The notes under the pieces are model-generated. The model saw only the letters and a list, made by a program, of their open reading frames with translations, was not told the origin of the DNA and made no database searches. From the IMG/VR virus record IMGVR_UViG_3300019926_000031, positions 1 through 38,812 of that record: a stretch of 38,812 bases of DNA. One strand, given 5' to 3'. A program made the translations under genes and the position numbers. This stretch comes from a virus. Within the stretch, counting starts at the first letter, position 1, and each line of letters starts with the position of its first letter. Positions 25,151 to 33,289 of the stretch are shown here, one piece after another.

Positions 25151-25995
25151 TGCCTATTGAACAGCGAGATGTTCCGGTTCAGCCGGAGACGATTCTTCGA
25201 GAGGTTCAGGAGCGAACGCAGCCAACCTACCAGTTCCGCGAAGCATTCCGGGACTTTGACGCAAGTGATCAGGACGCCGAGGAACTCAAGTTCCCGGTCC
25301 CAGACGACGACCTTGAAGGCCACGTTGTTGAGATTGACGAAGGCTCTGATTTCCCGCGTTCGGAACTCAACTATTCGGAAGTCTCTGCGGTCCGACAGAA
25401 GTACGGCTTTGAGGTTGTCATTACCGATGAGGCTGTTCGGTTTGGCCGTGTAGATATCGAAATGGAGAGTCAGGAGGAAATGGCTCGCGCGGCCACCAAG
25501 AACCTTGACCAGCGGGCATTCAACCTGCTGGATAGCAACAATAACGGCACTGTCGTTGGCAACGACGGCGAAGACCTTGACTTTGAGGCTGTTGTTGAAG
25601 CCTACGAGGTGCTGAACGCTGGTGAATACGACCTTGGACAGACTGGAATGCTTGCCGGCACGGATGCTGTCCGTGACCTGAGCCTTGACGACTCGTTTAA
25701 TCGGGCAACCGAACTCGGTGATAGTCTCGTTACCGACCAAGGGCCGGAGGTTATTGGTGAGATATATAATATCCCGGTTATGCGGACCAATACCGGGGAC
25801 TTTGGCGACGATGAAGCGTTCATGGTCGACATGAGCAAGTACGGCTACCTTGCCGAGTGGGAACCCATGTCGGTCAACACGTACCGCGAGGAATCCAACC
25901 AGCAGACCGTCTATCAGATTAGCGGTCACAATGGCTTTGCTGTCACTGACGCTGACGCCTGTGTCAAACTACAGGGCGGAACTAGTGGAGCATAG
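25150..25995 (+). CDS. Major capsid protein (HK97 fold)
   Basis: EIDEGSDFP, KYGFEVVITDEA, GEIYNIPV; position in the head module. Confidence 0.88.
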   Translation: MPIEQRDVPVQPETILREVQERTQPTYQFREAFRDFDASDQDAEELKFPVPDDDLEGHVVEIDEGSDFPRSELNYSEVSAVRQKYGFEVVITDEAVRFGRVDIEMESQEEMARAATKNLDQRAFNLLDSNNNGTVVGNDGEDLDFEAVVEAYEVLNAGEYDLGQTGMLAGTDAVRDLSLDDSFNRATELGDSLVTDQGPEVIGEIYNIPVMRTNTGDFGDDEAFMVDMSKYGYLAEWEPMSVNTYREESNQQTVYQISGHNGFAVTDADACVKLQGGTSGA

Positions 25996-26051
25996 AGCGG
26001 CTATACTCGGTGATTAGGGTGGTCTGACTATCCTAATCATAAGCGGCTATA
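25996..26051 (+). terminator. Hairpin downstream of MCP flanked by AGCGGCTATA direct repeats
   Basis: TGATTAGGGTGGTC/GACTATCCTAATCA stem (26011-26039) with G-U pairs; repeats at 25996-26005 and 26042-26051. Confidence 0.5.
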
Positions 26052-26058
26052 GTCACCC

Positions 26059-26415
26059 ATGTCAACAGCCACACCACAACAGGTAACCAACGTCATATCA
26101 ACTGACCTTAGCGACAGTCAAATCCAAAGTTACCTTGATGACGTAACTTTTGAAGCCGAACAGGCGATAGACAAATACCAAAGTAAACTCTCCACAGAAG
26201 CGAAGGAACAGTTAGAGAAATATCTTGCCGCGCTGAGAATCCGGCAGTGGAGAGATAAAGGCATCAGTAGCACATCCAGAGAGACGGCAAGTGTGACCTA
26301 CGAGGGGATGGGTATAGAAGCGCTTAAGAAGGCTGTTGACAAACGCGATCCAAGCGGGACGTTAGCCTTCCAGACGGACACAGACAGATACACAGGAGTT
26401 GCAAGCCATGACTAA
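26059..26415 (+). CDS. Head-tail adaptor (gp15/gp6-like)
   Basis: Follows MCP; DLSDSQIQSYL...YLAA...SVTY. Confidence 0.7.
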   Translation: MSTATPQQVTNVISTDLSDSQIQSYLDDVTFEAEQAIDKYQSKLSTEAKEQLEKYLAALRIRQWRDKGISSTSRETASVTYEGMGIEALKKAVDKRDPSGTLAFQTDTDRYTGVASHD

Positions 26416-26641
26416 AGCACGTTGTACGCGAGGATTTGGAATAGTCACTGACCCAGAAACGGGTGAGGAAATCAACGTTGAAGGGGAATTTGAGACGACA
26501 GCGGAACAGTTTGAACGCCTTGATGCGGCATACTCCGGGATGGAAATTATTGAATCGGATGATAGTTGCGCGCATGGGGATTGCAGCCGGACTGTGACGG
26601 ATAGTAAATACTGCTGGCAACACCCAACCGATGACAACTAA
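26408..26641 (+). CDS. Small virion-module protein with a C-terminal C3H finger
   Basis: CAHGDC...YCWQH. Confidence 0.6.
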   Translation: MTKARCTRGFGIVTDPETGEEINVEGEFETTAEQFERLDAAYSGMEIIESDDSCAHGDCSRTVTDSKYCWQHPTDDN

Positions 26642-26912
26642 CAAACGCCCGTGGTACTGCGACGGGGAGCTGATTAATGAATACAAACACGCAACTCAAA
26701 GTTTAGCGATGCATAAAGCCCTCAAGATAACAAAGAGCATTATCGTTAACCTTGGCTTGATTATAATCACGCTCTATGGGCTTCGGCTGGGGGCTAGCCC
26801 ATCGCGCATTGTCCCCCTATCGTTGCTTATCCTTGCAGCCTTCAACGGTGTCGAATATTCAGAAATCCAGAGTTTGAAACAGGCAATCACTGAGTCTAAC
26901 GATAAAGACTAA
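26631..26912 (+). CDS. Membrane protein (about 2 TM; holin-like candidate)
   Basis: Hydrophobic IIVNLGLIIITLYGL and IVPLSLLILAAF. Confidence 0.55.
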   Translation: MTTNKRPWYCDGELINEYKHATQSLAMHKALKITKSIIVNLGLIIITLYGLRLGASPSRIVPLSLLILAAFNGVEYSEIQSLKQAITESNDKD

Positions 26913-27217
26913 GTGGCAGTATCCCGTTGTCTTAGGTGGCTACGAACTGGTGGTAAAACACCTTCGGATAGCCGTGTAACGTCGCCGCGAGGTAGCGAGG
27001 ACGCACAACCACTGGTTGCCTGTGACCTATCTCGTTTAGGGTGTCTGTCTCTATCGGGCATAGTTTGTTTTTGCATCCGTAGCCAAGTAGCCAACGGCAA
27101 CCGGCTTAAGACCGGTCCCTAAGTGGGTACCACGGTGCAAATCCGTGCGGATGCATATGCTCAAGATGCAAGCCTTGAGCGACGGCAAGACGGTTTTGTG
27201 GGATACTAGTAATCCAC
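26913..27217 (+). ncRNA. Putative ~300-nt structured RNA enclosing tRNA-Leu
   Basis: Long-range AGTATCCC(26918-25)/GGGATACT(27200-07) and GTGG/CCAC stems plus five local hairpins; no credible CDS. Confidence 0.5.
27073..27155 (+). tRNA. tRNA-Leu (anticodon TAA), no encoded CCA
   Basis: Acceptor GCATCCG/CGGATGC+A; D arm GCC/GGC; anticodon arm ACCGG-CTTAAGA-CCGGT; long variable arm CCC/GGG; T arm CACGG-TGCAAAT-CCGTG. Confidence 0.9.
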
Positions 27218-27278
27218 ATGAGACGGCATTAGTGTACACGCCGAAACCGGACAAAACCGAGCGATTATACAACTCACA

Positions 27279-27509
27279 ATGAGTGATAACAATCCATATC
27301 CCGATGAACCAGAACTGTTTGATGAGGAAGGCGATAGCATGGCCTTTGGCGTGGGTTTAGGCGACGGTTTCAAACGACTGAAGCCGCTACCGGGCCGATA
27401 CAAGAGTGCCAAGGCAAACCCGTACTACTACTATCCGGGCTTTATCATCGGCTATCTCCTGAAGGCGCTTGGAGTAGCATTGCTAGCATACGCTGGTGTT
27501 CAGGTGTGA
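27279..27509 (+). CDS. Small membrane protein (76 aa)
   Basis: C-terminal TM segment GFIIGYLLKALGVALLAYAGV. Confidence 0.65.
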   Translation: MSDNNPYPDEPELFDEEGDSMAFGVGLGDGFKRLKPLPGRYKSAKANPYYYYPGFIIGYLLKALGVALLAYAGVQV

Positions 27510-27931
27510 CAGATTTTAATCTTGAGTTAGACGGGTTTGAAAAGACCAAACAGCGATTTGAGGAGCTCCGGGAACGGTACGACGGCGATGGCGTGACCTA
27601 TGTTGTGGGTACAAGCGTTGAATACGGGGTATTTTTGGAGTTCGGAGCCGAAGACCTACCCCCTTACCCATGGTTTCGGCCAGCTATTCGAGAGTTCCGA
27701 GCGGATCCAGAGTCGTTCCTGTTGGACAACACAGACTTCGGCAGTGTCGATGAGATAGAAACGACTGAGGAATTAGTCAAAGCCGTGAGTTTTGCATTAG
27801 AGAACAAAATGACTGCCAACGTGAATGCACAGGACCCATCGGCGGATAGAAGTCCGGGCGTTGACCCAGACCATCCGTCGAGAGACACTGGCAACTTGGC
27901 CGCAAGCGTCTCTGCCGTAAGAATTAACTAA
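27506..27931 (+). CDS. HK97 gp10-like neck/tail completion protein
   Basis: VGTSVEYGVFLEFG...PYPWFRPA and RDTGNLAAS motifs. Confidence 0.75.
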   Translation: MTDFNLELDGFEKTKQRFEELRERYDGDGVTYVVGTSVEYGVFLEFGAEDLPPYPWFRPAIREFRADPESFLLDNTDFGSVDEIETTEELVKAVSFALENKMTANVNAQDPSADRSPGVDPDHPSRDTGNLAASVSAVRIN

Positions 27932-27952
27932 CCTTGGCACATATATACGCGC

Positions 27953-28639
27953 GTGCCGAACCAATATAGCGACCCACAACCGTACCAAGACAAAGAAACT
28001 CTTGAGCGGCTATACCATGATGAAGGTATGACCGCAAAAGAGATCGGAGAACATTTTGACGTTTCGCAAGCTACAATCTCCCGCTGGCTTGATCGGAGGG
28101 ATGTAGAAACCAAGACATCCGCTGAAAAGCGAGAGGAACGAGGAACACACCACCGCCCAGTTAAAGAAGGTCCGCACACTGATGAGGAATGGCTTCGTGA
28201 ATGTTACTTTGGCCGGAAAATGTCAATTACTGAAATGGCAGATGAAGCCGGTCTGAAAAGCGAAGTGTCGATCATGAGACAGATGGATCGGTATGGTATT
28301 GACCGACGGCCGAACTACGTGACAAGGGTTTTGCGCGATCCGGGTGCTGGGTTTGTCCATGCAGATGCATATGGATACGAAATTATCAGGCATTCTGTGG
28401 ACGACCAAATCCAGTACTACAAACACCACCGGCTTATTGCGATGGCAGAGCATGGAATCGAGGAAGTGAAACAGAAACACATCCACCACAAGAATAACAT
28501 TCCATGGGACAACCGACCGGAGAACCTACAACTTGTTGATGGGAACAAAGAACATGCACAATATCACAAAGACGAGTGGGGTGGACAAGGCCGTCCCAAT
28601 GCACCAAGAGACGAAGACACGGGGCGGTTCACAGGGTAG
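27953..28639 (+). CDS. HTH-HTH + HNH homing-type endonuclease (paralog 3)
   Basis: LERLYHDEGMTAKEIGEHFDVSQATISRW; HHRLIAMAEHG...IHHKNNIPWDNRPENL. Confidence 0.85.
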   Translation: MPNQYSDPQPYQDKETLERLYHDEGMTAKEIGEHFDVSQATISRWLDRRDVETKTSAEKREERGTHHRPVKEGPHTDEEWLRECYFGRKMSITEMADEAGLKSEVSIMRQMDRYGIDRRPNYVTRVLRDPGAGFVHADAYGYEIIRHSVDDQIQYYKHHRLIAMAEHGIEEVKQKHIHHKNNIPWDNRPENLQLVDGNKEHAQYHKDEWGGQGRPNAPRDEDTGRFTG

Positions 28640-28666
28640 CAACATCCAAGCAGTGAGGATTAACTG

Positions 28667-29080
28667 ATGAGCAAGTTTGATAGGGTCCGGAGTGGCTTTA
28701 AACGAGCGCATGACGACCTGTTTGATGCGCCGTTTGATGCCGAGTTTGTCAACACAACACAGGGGAGTTACGACCCAAACACAGGCGAGATAACCGGGAG
28801 TACCGAAACCTCACTCGGAACGATAGCCGTCGAGATAGTCCCACCAGCGATGGACACCACAGTTGATGTAAGTGGTACGAGTTTCAGTTGGGACACCAGC
28901 ATTCGCTTCCCGGAAGATAAGCAACCCGGCGATTTGGTCCCCTTAGGAGAGGATAGCAGAGAGCCGACACAGGTTATCATAACTGACCCAGAGGAAGGAA
29001 GCACAGACACGTATGAACTACACGGATACTCCTACGAAAAGGGTTCTGGCATGATAATGTGCCGGTTAGTAGAGCAATAA
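28667..29080 (+). CDS. Head-tail joining/stopper protein (putative)
   Basis: GSYDPNTGE motif; position in the module. Confidence 0.6.
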   Translation: MSKFDRVRSGFKRAHDDLFDAPFDAEFVNTTQGSYDPNTGEITGSTETSLGTIAVEIVPPAMDTTVDVSGTSFSWDTSIRFPEDKQPGDLVPLGEDSREPTQVIITDPEEGSTDTYELHGYSYEKGSGMIMCRLVEQ

Positions 29081-29086
29081 TGTAAA

Positions 29087-29620
29087 ATGCCACAGAAAGT
29101 AATAGAGCCATTAGAGGCACAGATACGGCAGTATTTGGTTGACAATATCAGACCTGCCGAAATGCACGGGTATGACCCACAACAGACTGACCCAACGGCG
29201 GGTGACTTCCTCCCAATCTCAAATGATTGGTCGGATTACGGGGATACATACCCTGTAATTGTTGTCCAAGAGAACAACGGGCCAACAATCCCGAACAGTG
29301 GAAACACGAACGTAAACGGTATCCAAGGCGATGGGTCCGGCACCAATCAAACGGCTGTCCATCCGATCACAATCAGTGTGCAAGCCACACAGGACGGTGA
29401 CTATTTAAACAATGTAGACTACCAAACCCTCGTAACGGATATCTATGCAGAGTGTCGGTTTCAACTCAAAGACATTGACGCGGTGGATGAAGCACTCTAC
29501 ACGGGTGATTTGACACCACCAACGCAAACACGAAGCAATGAGGAAACGGACAGTGGCAGTACAGTGACGTGGCTCCAAAGACAAGGGACTGTTCCCGTAG
29601 GATTCCGGTACACACCATAA
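29087..29620 (+). CDS. Tail terminator (putative)
   Basis: Position before the tail tube; YPVIVV...ITISVQA pattern. Confidence 0.55.
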   Translation: MPQKVIEPLEAQIRQYLVDNIRPAEMHGYDPQQTDPTAGDFLPISNDWSDYGDTYPVIVVQENNGPTIPNSGNTNVNGIQGDGSGTNQTAVHPITISVQATQDGDYLNNVDYQTLVTDIYAECRFQLKDIDAVDEALYTGDLTPPTQTRSNEETDSGSTVTWLQRQGTVPVGFRYTP

Positions 29621-29784
29621 TGACTTACGCAACAGGACTACGATTACTCGCGGCGATTAACGCATTGCTCTGCCTGACAGTCATCTTAGCGCCCGTCTGT
29701 GGGCCGCTAGGATTCTTCTTTTATCTCAAGGCACGGCAGAAGGAAAAAGAAAAGCAGCGACTACTAAACGCGCAAACTAACTAA
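29620..29784 (+). CDS. Small membrane protein (54 aa)
   Basis: TAATG coupling; TM segment followed by a basic tail. Confidence 0.55.
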   Translation: MTYATGLRLLAAINALLCLTVILAPVCGPLGFFFYLKARQKEKEKQRLLNAQTN

Positions 29785-29785
29785 C

Positions 29786-31003
29786 ATGGCAAACACACAA
29801 GCGGGCGTAAGACCGTATCGTATTGAGTGGATTCAAGAAACAACTGAAGGCGAAGTGCCAAGTGACCCAGAATGGAACCTGTTTAGCGACAATATCATCA
29901 ACGCTCCCCAGTGGGAGCCAGATGCAAACACCACCCGACAGGATGGGGCGGGCAAGGCCACAGCCGCAGGCTTCTATAACGGCAGTGAAACCCACGAAAT
30001 CACTGTTGAGTATGATTTACAGCAGTGGTATGTTGATGGGTCTGGAGCCACTGTTGACGCTGGTGGTGACTTCCTTGAACCAACCAGTGATAACGGACTG
30101 AAGGCCACGCACTCCATTGTAGACCGCTCTGTGCAAGCTGACGGTGGCGCTGATGGCGCTGGCCGGCGAATCTATACGGTTATCAAGGGCGCACGCCCTG
30201 ACACGCTCACAGCGCCGTTTGAGACGGATGATGGCACACCACTCTCGCAAGAGTTGGCGTATCAGGCTGGGAAGATTCGGCAGTATGATATCAGCCAACC
30301 CTCTGCAAGCACAACGCTGGATGTAACTAATAACGGTACCACTAGTGTTGATGTGACTATCGAAGATGAGGGGGCGGCTACGGCGGAAACAATCACCGTG
30401 GCTGGTGGAAGTACAACAACCACAACGGCAACCTTTGGAAATATTGACGCTGTTGAACTCTCGACTGACACAGACGGCGATGTGGTTGTGTCCGATGGGT
30501 CTGGGACGGACCTAATGACTATCAAGGGTTCGGACAAGTACCCTGCTGGAGAGGGAGACCTTGGCGTGCCAGCGCTTGGAAGCGGGAGTCATGCAAGCGC
30601 GCTTGGTACCAGTTTCATCAGATTCCTCGACAACGAAGATACGACTGATGAGCTTATAATCCCGAACGTTGATACCGAAACTGAAATCGTCAGCGGTGAA
30701 ATGGAAGTCTCAACCGGGTTGGATAGCAACGCAAAGGCAGGCACGGCCCGCCAGAACATCCATAACACGAACTGGGAATATACTATAACGGCTAGCCTTG
30801 CCGGGCCACGGATTACGGTTGACCAAACGCAAAATTACCTAACTGAAACGACAGGGACTATCGTATGGAATGCAAGCAAGGGCTCCATTGAGTTTAACGG
30901 TGCCTTCATTCAGAGCCCGGGCGAATTCACAAAAGAGGCTGGCAACGGGAAGCTCATTACCGACAACGAATTTGAGGCTCAGACGCTCACGGTGAGTAAT
31001 TAA
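29786..31003 (+). CDS. Major tail tube protein
   Basis: Thr/Gly/Asp-rich, 405 aa, upstream of chaperone and tape measure. Confidence 0.75.
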   Translation: MANTQAGVRPYRIEWIQETTEGEVPSDPEWNLFSDNIINAPQWEPDANTTRQDGAGKATAAGFYNGSETHEITVEYDLQQWYVDGSGATVDAGGDFLEPTSDNGLKATHSIVDRSVQADGGADGAGRRIYTVIKGARPDTLTAPFETDDGTPLSQELAYQAGKIRQYDISQPSASTTLDVTNNGTTSVDVTIEDEGAATAETITVAGGSTTTTTATFGNIDAVELSTDTDGDVVVSDGSGTDLMTIKGSDKYPAGEGDLGVPALGSGSHASALGTSFIRFLDNEDTTDELIIPNVDTETEIVSGEMEVSTGLDSNAKAGTARQNIHNTNWEYTITASLAGPRITVDQTQNYLTETTGTIVWNASKGSIEFNGAFIQSPGEFTKEAGNGKLITDNEFEAQTLTVSN

Positions 31004-31344
31004 TGACTAAAGTAGACCTAAACGATGTGCAAGAGGCAAAGGCAGAGCGCGACGAAAACGGCGACCTACTCCCAGACACAAAGACGTTTGAATACGAGGG
31101 GGAAACGAAAGAAGTTGATGTGCTCCCAGTGACCGGTGGGCTTGGGAATAGACTCGCAAAACACCAAGAGGGGCTTGAGGAACTTGAACCTAAGAGCGTG
31201 GCGGCTGTTCTCTCTGTCATGTGTCCCGATCTCGAAGGAATCACAGCCGATGATGTTGAGGATATGCCCCTTGAATACGAGGTTGGCCTAACTAATGCAG
31301 TCGCCGAGCAAATGCCGGAAACGGAAATCGCAGAGGGAAACTAA
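31003..31344 (+). CDS. Tail assembly chaperone (gpG-like)
   Basis: Between tail tube and TMP; ends in the slippery site GGGAAAC. Confidence 0.8.
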   Translation: MTKVDLNDVQEAKAERDENGDLLPDTKTFEYEGETKEVDVLPVTGGLGNRLAKHQEGLEELEPKSVAAVLSVMCPDLEGITADDVEDMPLEYEVGLTNAVAEQMPETEIAEGN

Positions 31345-31571
31345 CCCCGAAACAGCGGTATGAGAAACGATGTGAGTTTGAGTTTTGGGCACACGAAACA
31401 CTGAATCTAACGTACATGGAATTAGCCCAATACTCGGCGGACGAAATCAAGCGGTTGCAGAAAGGCGCACAGATACACAATGAGAAAAAGGAGCGAGCGG
31501 CACAGTCTGGCAGACAGCCAAGCACGAGCCAACGAGAAAGAGAACAAGAAGCCTTAGCAAAATTTGAATAA
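31335..31571 (+). CDS. -1 frameshift extension of the tail chaperone (gpGT-like)
   Basis: G GGA AAC at 31335-31341; the -1 frame is open (GKLTPKQRYEKRCEFEFWAHE...LAKFE) to TAA at 31569-31571, overlapping the TMP ATG. Confidence 0.85.
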   Translation, partial: GKLTPKQRYEKRCEFEFWAHETLNLTYMELAQYSADEIKRLQKGAQIHNEKKERAAQSGRQPSTSQREREQEALAKFE

Positions 31572-33289
31572 TGGTGTTCGGTGATGATCTGTCTGTGCGA
31601 GTGGATGCACAGACACAAGACTTTCGACGTGGTATTAACCGCTCGACAGAGAGTTTAGACGACTTGCAATCTAATGCTGTGCAAACGGCTGCAACGTTAG
31701 GACTCATGGCTGGGAAGGCCGAGAGTGCCGGCGACGAAATGACCGGGCTATCTGCCCGAACGTCAGCCGCAAGTGCGTCAACTGCTGGCCTAACGTCTAC
31801 CCTCTCCACTGCAAGTGTCTCTGCAAGCGGCCTGAGCACTGTCCTAACAGTATCGCTCTTGCCGGCGCTAACTGCCCTCGCCACTGCGGCTGTGCCTGTT
31901 GTGACGGCATTAGGAGGGCTTGTGGCTGTTGCTGGGGCTATCGGTGGCGTTGGGCTTGTTGGTGCGATTGGGGCAATAGCGACCAACACAGAGGCGCTTA
32001 AGGGCGAGTTCAGCAGTTTACTTGATACAATTAGGACTGAGTTTGAACCAGTATTTAGCGTAGCAACTGGTGTGCTCCAAATCCTGATTAACGACTTTGA
32101 GGATATCATCAGCACGTTAGTCCCGTCGCGTTCGGTACTCCAATCGCTTGGGGCCGATTTCGTCAATCTTGGCCGGGCCGTGATTGACGTGCTCCCGGCA
32201 CTGGCAAACCTCGCTGTCGAGTTGGCAGATGAGTTCTTGCCATCATTCGTAACGCTCGCTGAAGATGTGTTGCCACAAGTGCCTGACTTTATCAGGACGC
32301 TTGTGTCTGTGTTTGAGCGGCTGATTCCGTCGTTTAGCCGTGCAAGCGATATTCTAGTTGCTCTTGGCCCGGAACTGCTTGACCTTGGCTTCGCCGCTCT
32401 AAACGTCGTTGGGCCGGCATTAGAGACAATCGGGACAACGGTCCTTGATGCAATCCGTGGCTTCAACGAGTTGTCAAGTAATACCCAACAGTTAGGTATT
32501 GCCCTTGGGACAGTGGCACCAATAGTGGCAGCTATCGCTTACACTCTTGGCGGCCCTGTCACACTTGCTATAGCAGGGCTTACAGCCGGGATTATCGGGC
32601 TTAAAACCGCCTTTGACAACAACTTCGCCGGCATCCGGGGAATAGTGAGTGGTTTTGCCGCTCAAATCCAGCGTGTCTTGCCAGCCGCGAGAGAGGCATT
32701 CGGCGCGTTTGTCTCTGGCGTTAATCTCGGAGGGATTATCGACTCACTTGGGACGTTCGAGCGTATTCTTCGTGAGCAACTTCGGGCTTCATTGGTCGCA
32801 CTGAAACCTGTCTTCGGTGATATCAAGACGCTACTTCAAGAGAATCAAGAAGAGTTTGGTATCATCGGTAACGCTGTTGGGGGCGTTGTACGCTCCTTGA
32901 TCGGATTTGCACAAACCATCCTGAAGGTCTTAGGCCCGGCATTCCGGAAGGTTGGCATCCCCATCATCAGAGGGTTTATAACCCTTCTTGACGGCGCTAT
33001 CTCGAATGTTGCCAACCTAATTCAACTCTTTGGCGCACTACGCAACCAAGAATTTGGTAGAGTGCAGGATATCGGCGGCAGAATCCTTGAGGAAGGCGCA
33101 CAGACCTACGGAGAGTTGCTGCCAAGCCAGCAGACTATCCAAGGAGCGGCACAGCAGGCACAGCAGACTGTCGAAGTCATCGTCGAAGAGGACACTGATA
33201 TCGTTGACACGCGGATAAACGATACCGTGGACAGGCGAAATAGACAGACAAACAGGGAGAGTTATCTACTCGGGGACCGGACGCCATGA
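31571..33289 (+). CDS. Tape measure protein (572 aa)
   Basis: LSVRVDAQT N-terminus; Ala/Gly/Leu-rich amphipathic repeats; follows the G/GT pair. Confidence 0.9.
   Translation: MVFGDDLSVRVDAQTQDFRRGINRSTESLDDLQSNAVQTAATLGLMAGKAESAGDEMTGLSARTSAASASTAGLTSTLSTASVSASGLSTVLTVSLLPALTALATAAVPVVTALGGLVAVAGAIGGVGLVGAIGAIATNTEALKGEFSSLLDTIRTEFEPVFSVATGVLQILINDFEDIISTLVPSRSVLQSLGADFVNLGRAVIDVLPALANLAVELADEFLPSFVTLAEDVLPQVPDFIRTLVSVFERLIPSFSRASDILVALGPELLDLGFAALNVVGPALETIGTTVLDAIRGFNELSSNTQQLGIALGTVAPIVAAIAYTLGGPVTLAIAGLTAGIIGLKTAFDNNFAGIRGIVSGFAAQIQRVLPAAREAFGAFVSGVNLGGIIDSLGTFERILREQLRASLVALKPVFGDIKTLLQENQEEFGIIGNAVGGVVRSLIGFAQTILKVLGPAFRKVGIPIIRGFITLLDGAISNVANLIQLFGALRNQEFGRVQDIGGRILEEGAQTYGELLPSQQTIQGAAQQAQQTVEVIVEEDTDIVDTRINDTVDRRNRQTNRESYLLGDRTP

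Noticed and set aside
24955-25929. 324-aa minus-strand ORF
   Set aside because: Antisense shadow of the capsid gene
27073-27155. tRNA as an attP/integration site
   Set aside because: No integrase recognised, and the tRNA is full length in the middle of the structural module
26913-27272. Short ORFs across the tRNA region (26913..27122+, 26909..27100-, 27051..27272-)
   Set aside because: Atypical composition and overlap with a clear tRNA cloverleaf
27932-28666. Group I intron or intein housing the HNH gene
   Set aside because: Flanking genes are complete on both sides and no P7/catalytic-core motifs were recognised
28655-28690. Hammerhead ribozyme core (CTGATGA) after the third HNH gene
   Set aside because: No paired stem II followed by GAAA; the motif overlaps a start codon
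31447-32466. 339-aa minus-strand ORF
   Set aside because: Antisense shadow of the tape measure gene; Ser/Thr/Arg-rich and non-acidic
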